Shown piece after piece: positions 18,802-27,919 of a stretch of 64,000 bases of DNA. The stretch comes from Candidatus Latescibacterota bacterium (lineage in GTDB: Bacteria; Krumholzibacteriota; Krumholzibacteriia; WVZY01): positions 128,008-192,007 of the forward strand of contig CAWBQK010000004.1 in assembly GCA_963791045.1 (NCBI GenBank). The letters run 5' to 3'. Each line of letters begins with the position of its first letter. Position 1 is the first letter of the stretch. The position numbers and the translations under genes are program-made. Below the pieces are notes generated by a model. The model was not told where the DNA came from and made no database searches. It worked only from the letters and a program-made list of their open reading frames with translations.

Positions 18802-20724
18802 TCAAATGTAGCCGAGCGCCTTAAGCGCCCGAATCGTATCTTCGTCCGCCTCCGCCTCCATCGCCTTGCGGAGTTCCTTGGCTTTTTTGAGGTATTCGAA
18901 CAAACGTGCGTGCATCCTCTCGTATTCATCGGGGTGAGTCTTTGAGAGATCTCTTGTTTCGCGGGGCGTTTCATCGATGTCAAAAAGGAGAAAGGAGTCG
19001 GTCGTGTCGACACGCATGATCTTCCAGTTCCCGACGCTCAAAGCCGTGCAGAAATCGCCTTCGGATATCGACTCAACTTCGATACTCGTGATCTCTCCAT
19101 CGAGAAGAGGCACCAGCGAGCGACCCTCTGCTTCCGCAGGGATATCGGCGCCCGCGAGATCGCCGAGCGTTGGAAGCACATCGACATGACGGACCAGGCA
19201 ATCCACACGGTTCCCACGCTGGAAACTTTTGGACGACCAGAATATCAACGGCACATGTATGAGCTCCTCGATAACCAGGTTGTTGTGGTAGAGCGAACCG
19301 TGCTCCATAAACTCGTCCCCGTGATCGGCGGTAATCACGACTATGGTCTCTCTGTCCCCGCTTGCCACAACAACGCGTTCGATCAGCCGGCCGATTTCAT
19401 CGTCTGCGATCCGTATCGTGCCGTCGTAATAATCCACCAGTTTTTCGAGTTCGATGTCCTTGAGTTCATCGAGCCTGTCGCTCCTGAGAAGCTGCGTCGT
19501 CGTCTTGAAAAGACCCATCGGAGTGGGCACGTCGCCCGTCTTTCCATATAACGTGTCGTAAGGAGGAGGAGGCGCGTACGGATGATGGGTGTCCATGTAA
19601 TGCACGTACATAAAAAACGGCCTGTCCTCGAGCCGATCCAGCCACTGAAGGGCGACATCGGTCACCTCGTCGGCGTCGGGGTGCACGTTGACCGCAAACC
19701 GAGGTCTCTCGATGATTCCCGAATGCCGGAGGAATTTGTACAACCCCAGGTTGTAGCGCTCGGCGTAAAACTCTTCGAGACGATCGAACCCCTGAGTAAG
19801 ATTGAATTTTGTTTTGAGATAGACATTATTCATGAGCCCGACGGTCGTGTAGCCCTTTGACGAGAACATTTCGGCTATCGTCGTGTGATCGTGCGGAAGT
19901 GGCCGCATGAGTTTACCGCGACCGATTGCCCCGTGGAAGGACGGGTACAGGGACGTAAAAAGCGCCGGCATCGCAATGATCGTCCGGTTTCCCTGTGAAT
20001 GCGCGTTCGAGAACATCACTCCTTCGCGCGCCAGGCGATCTATGTTCGGCGAGGTTTCGCGGCCGTAACCGTATATCGACAAATGATCCGCTCTCAAAGC
20101 GTCAAGAACGATCATCACAACGTTCGGGCCATCCAGACCAGCCGCCGCCGCTTTTTCCGCTGGCAAATGCGACTCGGCGCGCCCCGCCGCAAAATGTGCA
20201 GCGGCGAAGAGAATAATCCCTCCAACAGCGATTCCGGCACCGAGCCTGCCGCCAATTCGCGAGAACAAATTTCGTTTCCGGAGGGAACGGGCAAAAATAA
20301 ACGCCGCAAACAAGAGCACAACCAGCAGCGCAATAAACATCACACCCTGCATTGACATCGGCGTCGACCGGAGCCGGCTCATCGAATAGTTGCGGATCGT
20401 GTACAAGACTACGACCGCAAAAATCGCACCCGCCGCGTAAAACGGAACGTACAAATCCGGATTGTCGAACCGGCGCAATAACGAGCTAAATATCCCGAAT
20501 ATCAACCCCGCAACAAATCCCGTGATAACGCCAAACAGCAGATATATTTCGAGCAGTCCCGGGAGGGACATACCGAGATATTCCCACCGCCCGGAAAAGC
20601 CGAGAAACGGTTCGATGATGAAATACGCAAACCCCATCAACAATCCAAAGATCATCCCGGCAAGCGCGTGTCCTGCAAATACCCGTGACACAGGCCGGGA
20701 ACCGGTCGTCGTCATACCCATCAC
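18802..20724 (-). CDS. Membrane-anchored sulfatase-like (AP superfamily) protein with Thr at the nucleophile position
   Basis: About 5 N-terminal TM helices; PNVVMIVLDALRADH, SQGNRTIIAMPALFT, YMDTHHPY, ADHGDEF, LKALGY. Confidence 0.85.
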   Translation of the reverse strand: MMGMTTTGSRPVSRVFAGHALAGMIFGLLMGFAYFIIEPFLGFSGRWEYLGMSLPGLLEIYLLFGVITGFVAGLIFGIFSSLLRRFDNPDLYVPFYAAGAIFAVVVLYTIRNYSMSRLRSTPMSMQGVMFIALLVVLLFAAFIFARSLRKRNLFSRIGGRLGAGIAVGGIILFAAAHFAAGRAESHLPAEKAAAAGLDGPNVVMIVLDALRADHLSIYGYGRETSPNIDRLAREGVMFSNAHSQGNRTIIAMPALFTSLYPSFHGAIGRGKLMRPLPHDHTTIAEMFSSKGYTTVGLMNNVYLKTKFNLTQGFDRLEEFYAERYNLGLYKFLRHSGIIERPRFAVNVHPDADEVTDVALQWLDRLEDRPFFMYVHYMDTHHPYAPPPPYDTLYGKTGDVPTPMGLFKTTTQLLRSDRLDELKDIELEKLVDYYDGTIRIADDEIGRLIERVVVASGDRETIVVITADHGDEFMEHGSLYHNNLVIEELIHVPLIFWSSKSFQRGNRVDCLVRHVDVLPTLGDLAGADIPAEAEGRSLVPLLDGEITSIEVESISEGDFCTALSVGNWKIMRVDTTDSFLLFDIDETPRETRDLSKTHPDEYERMHARLFEYLKKAKELRKAMEAEADEDTIRALKALGYI

Positions 20725-21659
20725 TCCTCGTTTAACAATGTGTAAAGCAACGGAAGCATTATCTCATGATGACCGTGAAATGCGTAACTCTTGCCCGCCC
20801 CCTTGAACGGCCTTGTCAGAACGTTTTCTTTCACCCTGTATTGGGGGATCATATCGAAATTCGCCGCAGTCACACCGGCGGGCTTGCGTCCAAGGTTGTA
20901 GCCGACCGACACCGCCTTGAGAAACACCTCTGGCAGCACGACGGCGGAACCAAAAACGAGGACAACGCCGTTGTCGAAGAGCTTCCCGACCGCGGCGCTC
21001 AAAATTCGAAAGTCCCGCATCGAGAGCTCGCCCACCTTCGCGGCGGGAAACCCGGGGTGCTGGTGTGTTATATCGGTTCCGAGCGCAACATGGACGGTGG
21101 CGGGCACGTTGTTCCGTGCGGCCGCAGCGAACACGCTGTATTCCTCGTGCGCCGCCTTGCTCTCGACGATATAATCACCGATCGACTCACCCAGACCCAA
21201 ACCGTTCTCGCTCCCATGTTCGCACGCCGCCTCGAAATGGGCCGCCGTCTCCCGTGACATCCCGAACCGCCCGGCGGGCAATTCAACGGCCACGTCTTCC
21301 GACGTCTTGCCATAGAACGCCAGTTCCAGATCATGAACGGTCGCGGATCCGGTCGTCGCCAACGCGGTGACATACCCGCGTTCAATAAGCGATTTCATAT
21401 ACAACGACAAACCGCATTTAATAACGTGCGCACCGATCAACCATACGATCTGTTTCTTGGCGTTGCGCGCCCGTCGCATCGCGTCGACCACATTCTTGAT
21501 GTCCGCGCCTTTCAAGACCGACGGAAACATATCGATCAAACCGTCCGCGTCCGCACGTTCGGGGTCAACAAAACTATCGATGTGAACTTTCGACTCCCGT
21601 CCTTCAATGGGTACGGGCTTGATTCTTCTCAGGTCATCTTCATCGTATCTAGTCGCCAT
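20721..21659 (-). CDS. Conserved uncharacterised protein, deoxyhypusine-synthase-like fold
   Basis: IGAHVIKCGL, ATTGSATVHD, VHVALGTDITH, GSAVVLPEVFLK, GHHEIMLPLL parallel the DHS motif order. Confidence 0.65.
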   Translation of the reverse strand: MATRYDEDDLRRIKPVPIEGRESKVHIDSFVDPERADADGLIDMFPSVLKGADIKNVVDAMRRARNAKKQIVWLIGAHVIKCGLSLYMKSLIERGYVTALATTGSATVHDLELAFYGKTSEDVAVELPAGRFGMSRETAAHFEAACEHGSENGLGLGESIGDYIVESKAAHEEYSVFAAAARNNVPATVHVALGTDITHQHPGFPAAKVGELSMRDFRILSAAVGKLFDNGVVLVFGSAVVLPEVFLKAVSVGYNLGRKPAGVTAANFDMIPQYRVKENVLTRPFKGAGKSYAFHGHHEIMLPLLYTLLNEE

Positions 21660-22587
21660 TTCTGTACCTGTCCGCTAGTTTGAATTCTTTCAAAACCGCC
21701 GACACTTCACCGATAATCACTTTGCTCTTTACGAGCACGGGAATCTTATAACGGTCGTCCGTTACCCAGATTTTCACACGGCCCTTTTGCTGGAATATTC
21801 CCGGATATCTAAGAAACGGTTCGACCACAAGGCAATCAAACGTTCCCGCCTCGACGGTGACGCGTTCTTTTCCGAGTACTTTTACAACGAGGGGGTAGTT
21901 CTTGCCGTCCGTGTTGTTCGCGATAGCGACCGTATGGCCGACACCCAGAGGCAGCGTCCGGACGTAATACATCGACGACAATACATCCTGGGTTCGCGGT
22001 GGTATGGGGATCTCCTTGTCTTCGTAGTAGGCGACGTGTTTCTTTTGATCGAACAGGACCTTGCGGTCATTCTTGTATTTGCCTTCGCGTAAATGTTTTT
22101 CATAACGGAGACTGACAAGTTCCGTAGTGTCCATCAAAGACACGTAACGGTCACGCACCTTGTAGAACACGGAGAACACGTCATTGGTTCGCGCGTTCGA
22201 CACGATGTAGTAACACGGTGTGCTGTCGATCACGGCAATATTTCGCACCTCGAGGGTCGCTTCCCCGGCGTTGATGATCCCGTACTGAACCGCGTAAACA
22301 AGCTTTTCACCGACGCCAAAACCGACAAACACGGGGAGAAGACTGTCGACCCCCGCGGCGGCAACATCGACGAGCTCGGGAAGCGAGTCCCCCGGTGACC
22401 ACGATGTATCCGCGCTCTCGATCGCCTGCCGTATAGCGAGCGAATCCGCCCGCGATTGCGCCGACGGTGATTCGGGCAACAGAGCCAGTCCGGCAAAAAG
22501 ACAGATCGTTATCGCAAGAGCAATATGGATCGCGCGGCTGTTGGAACACCAACCCATGTATTTCTCCAATTTCCGCGGGCTATTCAT
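21649..22587 (-). CDS. DUF3108 family exported protein
   Basis: Signal-like N-terminus, FGVGEKLVYAVQYG, QDVLSSMYYVR, VTVEAGTFDC, IWVTDDRYKIPV; start moved to ATG 22587. Confidence 0.8.
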   Translation of the reverse strand: MNSPRKLEKYMGWCSNSRAIHIALAITICLFAGLALLPESPSAQSRADSLAIRQAIESADTSWSPGDSLPELVDVAAAGVDSLLPVFVGFGVGEKLVYAVQYGIINAGEATLEVRNIAVIDSTPCYYIVSNARTNDVFSVFYKVRDRYVSLMDTTELVSLRYEKHLREGKYKNDRKVLFDQKKHVAYYEDKEIPIPPRTQDVLSSMYYVRTLPLGVGHTVAIANNTDGKNYPLVVKVLGKERVTVEAGTFDCLVVEPFLRYPGIFQQKGRVKIWVTDDRYKIPVLVKSKVIIGEVSAVLKEFKLADRYRNGD

Positions 22588-22633
22588 CGCCCACTGTTCC
22601 TTTCCAAAACGGTCCCGCCGATGCTGGGCCGCG

Positions 22634-23770
22634 TCACACAATCTTTTCCGCGGGCGCGAGCACACGTTTGTACGCAGCGAGTGTCTTGTCGACCATCGTC
22701 TCGTACCCGTACGAATCGGACTTTTCTTTTGCCCGGCGCGCGCACCCGGTTTTCAGATCTTCATCACCAACCATACGGACAATCGCCGCGGCCAACGCCG
22801 CAGGATTACGCGGAGGTGCGAGCAAACCGGTCTCTCCATCCGTCACCAGGTCCGGAACTCCACCCGTCCTCGTCGCAACCACCGGAACACCCATAGCCTG
22901 GGCGTCCATTATTGACGTGCACAACCCTTCAAGATATGAAGAGAGCACAAAACAATCGAAACGGGAAAGAACCTCCAGCACATCCTTGCGAAAACCGGTG
23001 AGCGTGACGATATCCGCCAGACCTTTTTCGGCGATCAACCTCTCGAGTTCAGGCCTAAGTTCGCCTTCACCGACAATGAGGAATCTCGCGTTTGGAATCT
23101 CACGACGCACCAGGTCGGCAGCGCGCACAAAATCGGATTGGGATTTGTGCGGCGCCAACGCCGCCACGTTGCCGATAACTATGGAATCGGGGTTGAGCCC
23201 GAGTTCCGCGTCGAGATATCCGTTGTCTCCGACGTTATTGAATTTCTCGAGGTCGATCCCGCTGGGAACCAGGTCGATCTTGTCCTCGCCGACGCCACAA
23301 TCAACAAGTACGTCGCGCACACCGTTTGAGATCGCCAGAAACAGGTCGACGCCGTGGCGGTACTTCAATGCGCCGAGTCCGAAGCGGCCAACGGGAAAAT
23401 CAACACGGCGGCTCACCACCAACCGGGGCTTGCGCTCGCCTCCCCATCCAGGAGCGCCCACGGCCAATCGCGCCACGCCGTGAGCATGCGACGAATGGCA
23501 ATGAATGATGTCATACGAGCCCGCTTCGATGTATTTGCGAAGCGTCCACGCGGCGCTCAGATCGAGTCCTCCGGCAATGCCAAGAGGCAAGCACGGGACT
23601 CCGAGTTGTTCGGCTTTTGACTGGATGGCCGAATCGGGCGGCGAGGCGAGCTCCACACCTGTACCGCGTCGAACCAGGCCCTTCATCAAAAGGAAGACCT
23701 GACCCTCACCGCCACGCCACGTCGCCTCAGAGTCGACCATGAGTGCTTTTATGTCTTTGTCTTCGATCAT
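22634..23770 (-). CDS. Glycosyltransferase family 4
   Basis: WRGGEGQ, HCHSSHAH, SSYLEGLCTSIMDAQAMGVPVV; start moved to ATG 23770. Confidence 0.9.
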   Translation of the reverse strand: MIEDKDIKALMVDSEATWRGGEGQVFLLMKGLVRRGTGVELASPPDSAIQSKAEQLGVPCLPLGIAGGLDLSAAWTLRKYIEAGSYDIIHCHSSHAHGVARLAVGAPGWGGERKPRLVVSRRVDFPVGRFGLGALKYRHGVDLFLAISNGVRDVLVDCGVGEDKIDLVPSGIDLEKFNNVGDNGYLDAELGLNPDSIVIGNVAALAPHKSQSDFVRAADLVRREIPNARFLIVGEGELRPELERLIAEKGLADIVTLTGFRKDVLEVLSRFDCFVLSSYLEGLCTSIMDAQAMGVPVVATRTGGVPDLVTDGETGLLAPPRNPAALAAAIVRMVGDEDLKTGCARRAKEKSDSYGYETMVDKTLAAYKRVLAPAEKIV

Positions 23771-24122
23771 TAAAAAACGGTCCTTTCGGACCCCGGCATA
23801 ATACTCCATATCGGCCCGGCCGCCAACTTCAGGTCGACGAGACCCACCCACACCCCTTCAACCTTTTTACACCCGGCGGCAGGAGAGAGAGCCTTCAATT
23901 CGGAGAATAGTATGTAAGCTATTATCATGCCACGCGGTTACACCAATTACGACCACCGGGGTCAAATCGAAAATTCTCCGGTCCGCCGGGGTCAATATTC
24001 TACATAACACATTACAATACAAGAAGATAATGGACATTCTGGCAAAATTCGAGTTTTGAAGAGGATCCGGACATCCAAGCCACGGGATCCGGCTCCAATT
24101 CAATGGGGTGGCCCGGGATTGA

Positions 24123-25172
24123 TCAGTCGACCGGCAATACTTCCAAAACATCCCCCGGCGATATTTGGGTCATACAGTGAACATCCTTGGGGCATTCGAA
24201 GAGCCGGCACGGTGAGCACTGCGGCGCCGGATAGAGATAAGGGTGGCTCTCGCCACCCATATGCCATTCGTGCGGGCTCGTCGGACCAAAAAGAGTGACG
24301 GTGGGAACACCCGTCGCGACGGCCAGATGCTTCATCCCTGAATCGATGGTGATGATCGACCGGAGGTTCCTGAGAACACCGGGAACATCCTCAAGAGGAA
24401 GCTCCGGACCCATAAAAACGCGCTCGCCCGCCGCCGATACGATTTCCCCCGCGACATCGCTTTCGCCCGGCCCCCAAAGCACGACCACATCGTTTCCCTG
24501 TTTGACGAGCAACCTGGCGAGATCCACAAAATTCGCACGCGGCCAGGCTTTGGCGGGATAGGGATTCCCGGGGTTGAGCGCCACGACGCGACGGGTATCC
24601 TCGAGTCCGGACGCCAGGAGTTTCGCGCGCCCATCCTCCACGGCGCCATCCGGCACCGGGATAGTATTATCCGCGGTCCCCACCACCTCCGGAAAACCGG
24701 CCCGCCGTATCAGGGCCAGGGCCGACTCGTGCGAGTTCCTTGCATAGATGTTCTTTCCCTCGAAAATCGCCCGCGGCTCGACATCCGTGTAGAGGGCCTT
24801 TCGAACGCGAACATCAAAGCCAACTCTCACCGGCGCGCCCGAAAGAAACGTGAGCACCGCGCTTCGCGTGTTGGAATGAAAGTCGAGCGCGCACACAAGA
24901 TTCAGTTCTCTCAGATAATCGACATACTCCGCGTACTCGCCCCCCCCTGTCGACATTTTGAATGACGGTGGTTGCGGGAGAAGCGTATCGATATAGTCCA
25001 CGTTTTTGAGTAGCGCATGGTAACCGCGATCGACGACAAACACGATGTTGTGGTTGGGTGCGGCACGTTTGAGCGCGCGAAGCCCGCCGAGCGTCGCAAT
25101 CACATCTCCCAACAACCGCAAACGTATCGCGAGTATTGTCGATGTATTCATCGGATCGTGTTCTCGAATCAT
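24123..25172 (-). CDS. Glycosyltransferase family 9 (LPS heptosyltransferase)
   Basis: RLRLLGDV, AKAWP, IDSGMKHLA, LFGPT, CSPC; ATG 25172 overlaps the upstream stop (ATGA). Confidence 0.9.
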   Translation of the reverse strand: MIREHDPMNTSTILAIRLRLLGDVIATLGGLRALKRAAPNHNIVFVVDRGYHALLKNVDYIDTLLPQPPSFKMSTGGGEYAEYVDYLRELNLVCALDFHSNTRSAVLTFLSGAPVRVGFDVRVRKALYTDVEPRAIFEGKNIYARNSHESALALIRRAGFPEVVGTADNTIPVPDGAVEDGRAKLLASGLEDTRRVVALNPGNPYPAKAWPRANFVDLARLLVKQGNDVVVLWGPGESDVAGEIVSAAGERVFMGPELPLEDVPGVLRNLRSIITIDSGMKHLAVATGVPTVTLFGPTSPHEWHMGGESHPYLYPAPQCSPCRLFECPKDVHCMTQISPGDVLEVLPVD

Positions 25173-26284
25173 ATCGGATTCCGCTTGTCTTCGCCGGACG
25201 ACGCGGGAGTCGAACGCCCCAACACATCGAGCAGGTTTTCCTCCACCATCTCCGCCGTCAGGTTTCGCAGGCAGCTTATGTGACCGCACACATGGCTGTG
25301 GCAGGGCCGGCATTCGATAGGGATGAACGCCGAAACATAGGGTCCGTATCGCTCGTACGGAAACCAGATATCGGGTTCGGCGCTCCCGAAAATCCCGACC
25401 GTCGGTGTGCCGACGGCTACAGAGACGTGCATGATCCCGCCATCGCTTATCACAAGAGCGTCGAGCGCTTCGACCACCGCCGCGGTTTCGCGGATGGGAA
25501 ACGTCGGGAGGTATACGGCGCTCTCACCCAGATTATCCCGCAGTTCATCCTGGTAAGCTTCCTCGCCGGGCCCGATCAATACGACGAGTTGAAATCCGTG
25601 ACGGTCGGCAAGGTTCTTTCCCAGCGTGGCGAACTGATCGACGGGCCAGCGTTTGACTTCCCACTTCCCCCCCGGATGCAGTCCGATAAGTGGTCCTTTA
25701 TCGGCAGACACGCCAAATTCACCGAGACGCCCGCGCGCGCCTCGCTTCTCTTCCGAACTCAAAGTTAATTCCGGCTTCCCGGGAGTGACCCCCTCGATCC
25801 CCAACGGCGTTAAATGAAACAGGTGGTGATCGATGGCGCTTCGAATAGACCGGGGCGTTTGCATTGGGTGTGTGTAGAGATGGCGTCTTCCCCTGCGTGC
25901 TCCACCGATTCGCATGCGTGCACCACTGAGCCAGGTGAGGAGCGCGCTCCGCGGGTTCGAATAGAGATCGATCGCCACGGAATATTTGCCGCGCCGGAGA
26001 TCGGCAATCAAACGCGCGGTCGCCATCGGTCCCTCTCCACTCTCGGGCACCCTGAGGACTCGATCAAAAAGAGGATCGCCTTCGAGTACCGCCGCGCCAT
26101 CCGCGCGCGCGAGGTAATCGATTTTTGCGTCGGGGTATTTGTTTTTAATGGCGTGGACGGCGGGAAGCGTGAGGATTACATCGCCGAGATACTGGAGACG
26201 GCTGACGAGTATCCGGCCGCCCCCGGACAATTCGTCGGAAACCCGTTTTTCCAAACCGCTTTTCAACGAGGGTTCACTCCTCAC
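25169..26284 (-). CDS. Glycosyltransferase family 9 (LPS heptosyltransferase)
   Basis: RLQYLGDV, VKRWP, SDGGIMHVS, CRPC. Confidence 0.9.
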   Translation of the reverse strand: MRSEPSLKSGLEKRVSDELSGGGRILVSRLQYLGDVILTLPAVHAIKNKYPDAKIDYLARADGAAVLEGDPLFDRVLRVPESGEGPMATARLIADLRRGKYSVAIDLYSNPRSALLTWLSGARMRIGGARRGRRHLYTHPMQTPRSIRSAIDHHLFHLTPLGIEGVTPGKPELTLSSEEKRGARGRLGEFGVSADKGPLIGLHPGGKWEVKRWPVDQFATLGKNLADRHGFQLVVLIGPGEEAYQDELRDNLGESAVYLPTFPIRETAAVVEALDALVISDGGIMHVSVAVGTPTVGIFGSAEPDIWFPYERYGPYVSAFIPIECRPCHSHVCGHISCLRNLTAEMVEENLLDVLGRSTPASSGEDKRNPI

Positions 26285-26769
26285 CCGTTCTTCGAACGGC
26301 GGATTTGCTCCATCACTTCGCTGGACGCGTGAGTTTTCGGATCGCCGACAATCACCGTCTCGATCCCGAGCGATTTCGACAGCTCTCTCTCGGGAACCGT
26401 CTCAACGGTGTAGTCGGTGCCCTTGGCATGAAACGCGGGGCGAAGCGTCTTGAGCACCCGCGCAACGCTTTGGCCGGAAAAGAGCACGACGGCATCGACC
26501 ATCTCGAGCGAGGAAATAAGCTTCAGCCTTGCCGTTGCCGGCATTACCGGCCGATTCTGCCCTTTGAGAATTCGGGTGCTCGCGTCGTCGTTCAGGGCGA
26601 CGACAAGAAAGTCGCCACAGAGCTTCGCTCCGTAGAGATACCGGATGTGACCCACGTGAAGAGGATCGAAACAACCGTGGGCAAGAACGACCCGTCCCGG
26701 TTTTTTCCTGTCTATCCAGGTTTTGAGTTTTACGACGCTTCTGTAAACCGGTGCACGATCGCTTCTCAT
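26281..26769 (-). CDS. D-glycero-D-manno-heptose-1-phosphate adenylyltransferase (HldE domain II / RfaE2)
   Basis: GCFDPLHVGH, VVALNDD, KGQNRP, KGTDY. Confidence 0.88.
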   Translation of the reverse strand: MRSDRAPVYRSVVKLKTWIDRKKPGRVVLAHGCFDPLHVGHIRYLYGAKLCGDFLVVALNDDASTRILKGQNRPVMPATARLKLISSLEMVDAVVLFSGQSVARVLKTLRPAFHAKGTDYTVETVPERELSKSLGIETVIVGDPKTHASSEVMEQIRRSKNG

Positions 26770-26864
26770 GACTTATCCACCCTTGTCTCTTCCGGTTCGC
26801 GACACTTGTCACGCAATCATATCGTTTGTGTCTCTCCGCGCATTTCCGACGGGAGCTTATCGTA

Positions 26865-27911
26865 TCAGTCCGTTCCTCTATTTTCGATATTCATTTTGAG
26901 GAAATCACGAGCGGCATCAAGAACGCTTGCGATCGTAATCCCCTCGTAACATTCAAGTTGCGTCGGGCACTCCCGCCGAAAGCACGGCGAACAGTGAACC
27001 GGATGACGAAGCACGCGAACCGTTTTGCCCAACGGCGCCGTCCACGTCGGTGAGGTCGACCCAAATATAACGACAACCGGCACACCCATCGACGCCGCGA
27101 TATGCGGCGACCCACTGTCGTTTGCGATCACAGCGCGCGCGCCGCCGAGAAGCGCGACGAACTGCCCCAGGCCCGTCGCTCCAGAGAGATTGTAAACCCC
27201 GGAGCAACCATCGGCTATCGAATCGCACAGAGCCCTCTCGCCAACCGCTCCGCCGAGAACAACCGGCATCTCGGTCGATAGCATCCGGACCAGCTCTTTG
27301 TATTTTTCCTTCGGCCACGATTTTGTCGGCCCGTATGTCGCCCCCGGGACCACAACGACGTAGTCACCATCGGCGACTCCCGCGTCCTTCAATATGGCAT
27401 GCAGTTCTTCGCGATCACTTTTCATCGCTACCACGGCCGGTCGATCGAACGAATGTCCCGCTTCGACGCCTAGCCGCTCGAGCAGCATCCGCCCGAGTGT
27501 CACATAGGTGGTCGACAGGTGTTCGTCGCGAAGTCCTTCCTCACCCAACGAAACATTGAGAAGCGCGCCTCTGCGATCCGCGCGCACACCACACCTCACC
27601 CCAACACCACCCAGATAAGGACCCAACGCACTCGAGAAAGACGGCGGTAAAATCACAACCCCGTCGATACACAAACGGCGATGCAACCGGGCCTGTTCCC
27701 AAACCCGCCCGAGACGGCCGCCGTCTCCGAGGATTACAACGTCCTTCGCTTCATCGAGTCCGAGATACACACGCGATGCGTAGCCACGCGACACAACGGT
27801 CACACGCACGCCCGGCGCAGCGGCGAGATACCCGACAAGCGGTAAGCTCATCACGGCGTCACCCACCCAGGTCGGCGCGACCAGCGCAATTTTTTTTGCA
27901 TTGGAATTCAT
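26865..27911 (-). CDS. waaF: Lipopolysaccharide heptosyltransferase II
   Basis: APTWVGDAVM, PGATYGPTKSWP, NDSGSPHIA, FGST. Confidence 0.8.
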   Translation of the reverse strand: MNSNAKKIALVAPTWVGDAVMSLPLVGYLAAAPGVRVTVVSRGYASRVYLGLDEAKDVVILGDGGRLGRVWEQARLHRRLCIDGVVILPPSFSSALGPYLGGVGVRCGVRADRRGALLNVSLGEEGLRDEHLSTTYVTLGRMLLERLGVEAGHSFDRPAVVAMKSDREELHAILKDAGVADGDYVVVVPGATYGPTKSWPKEKYKELVRMLSTEMPVVLGGAVGERALCDSIADGCSGVYNLSGATGLGQFVALLGGARAVIANDSGSPHIAASMGVPVVVIFGSTSPTWTAPLGKTVRVLRHPVHCSPCFRRECPTQLECYEGITIASVLDAARDFLKMNIENRGTD

Positions 27912-27919
27912 TGGAGAAA

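Noticed and set aside
26773..26781. TTATCCACC DnaA-box-like 9-mer
   Set aside because: Single mismatched copy coinciding with an RBS region; no origin context
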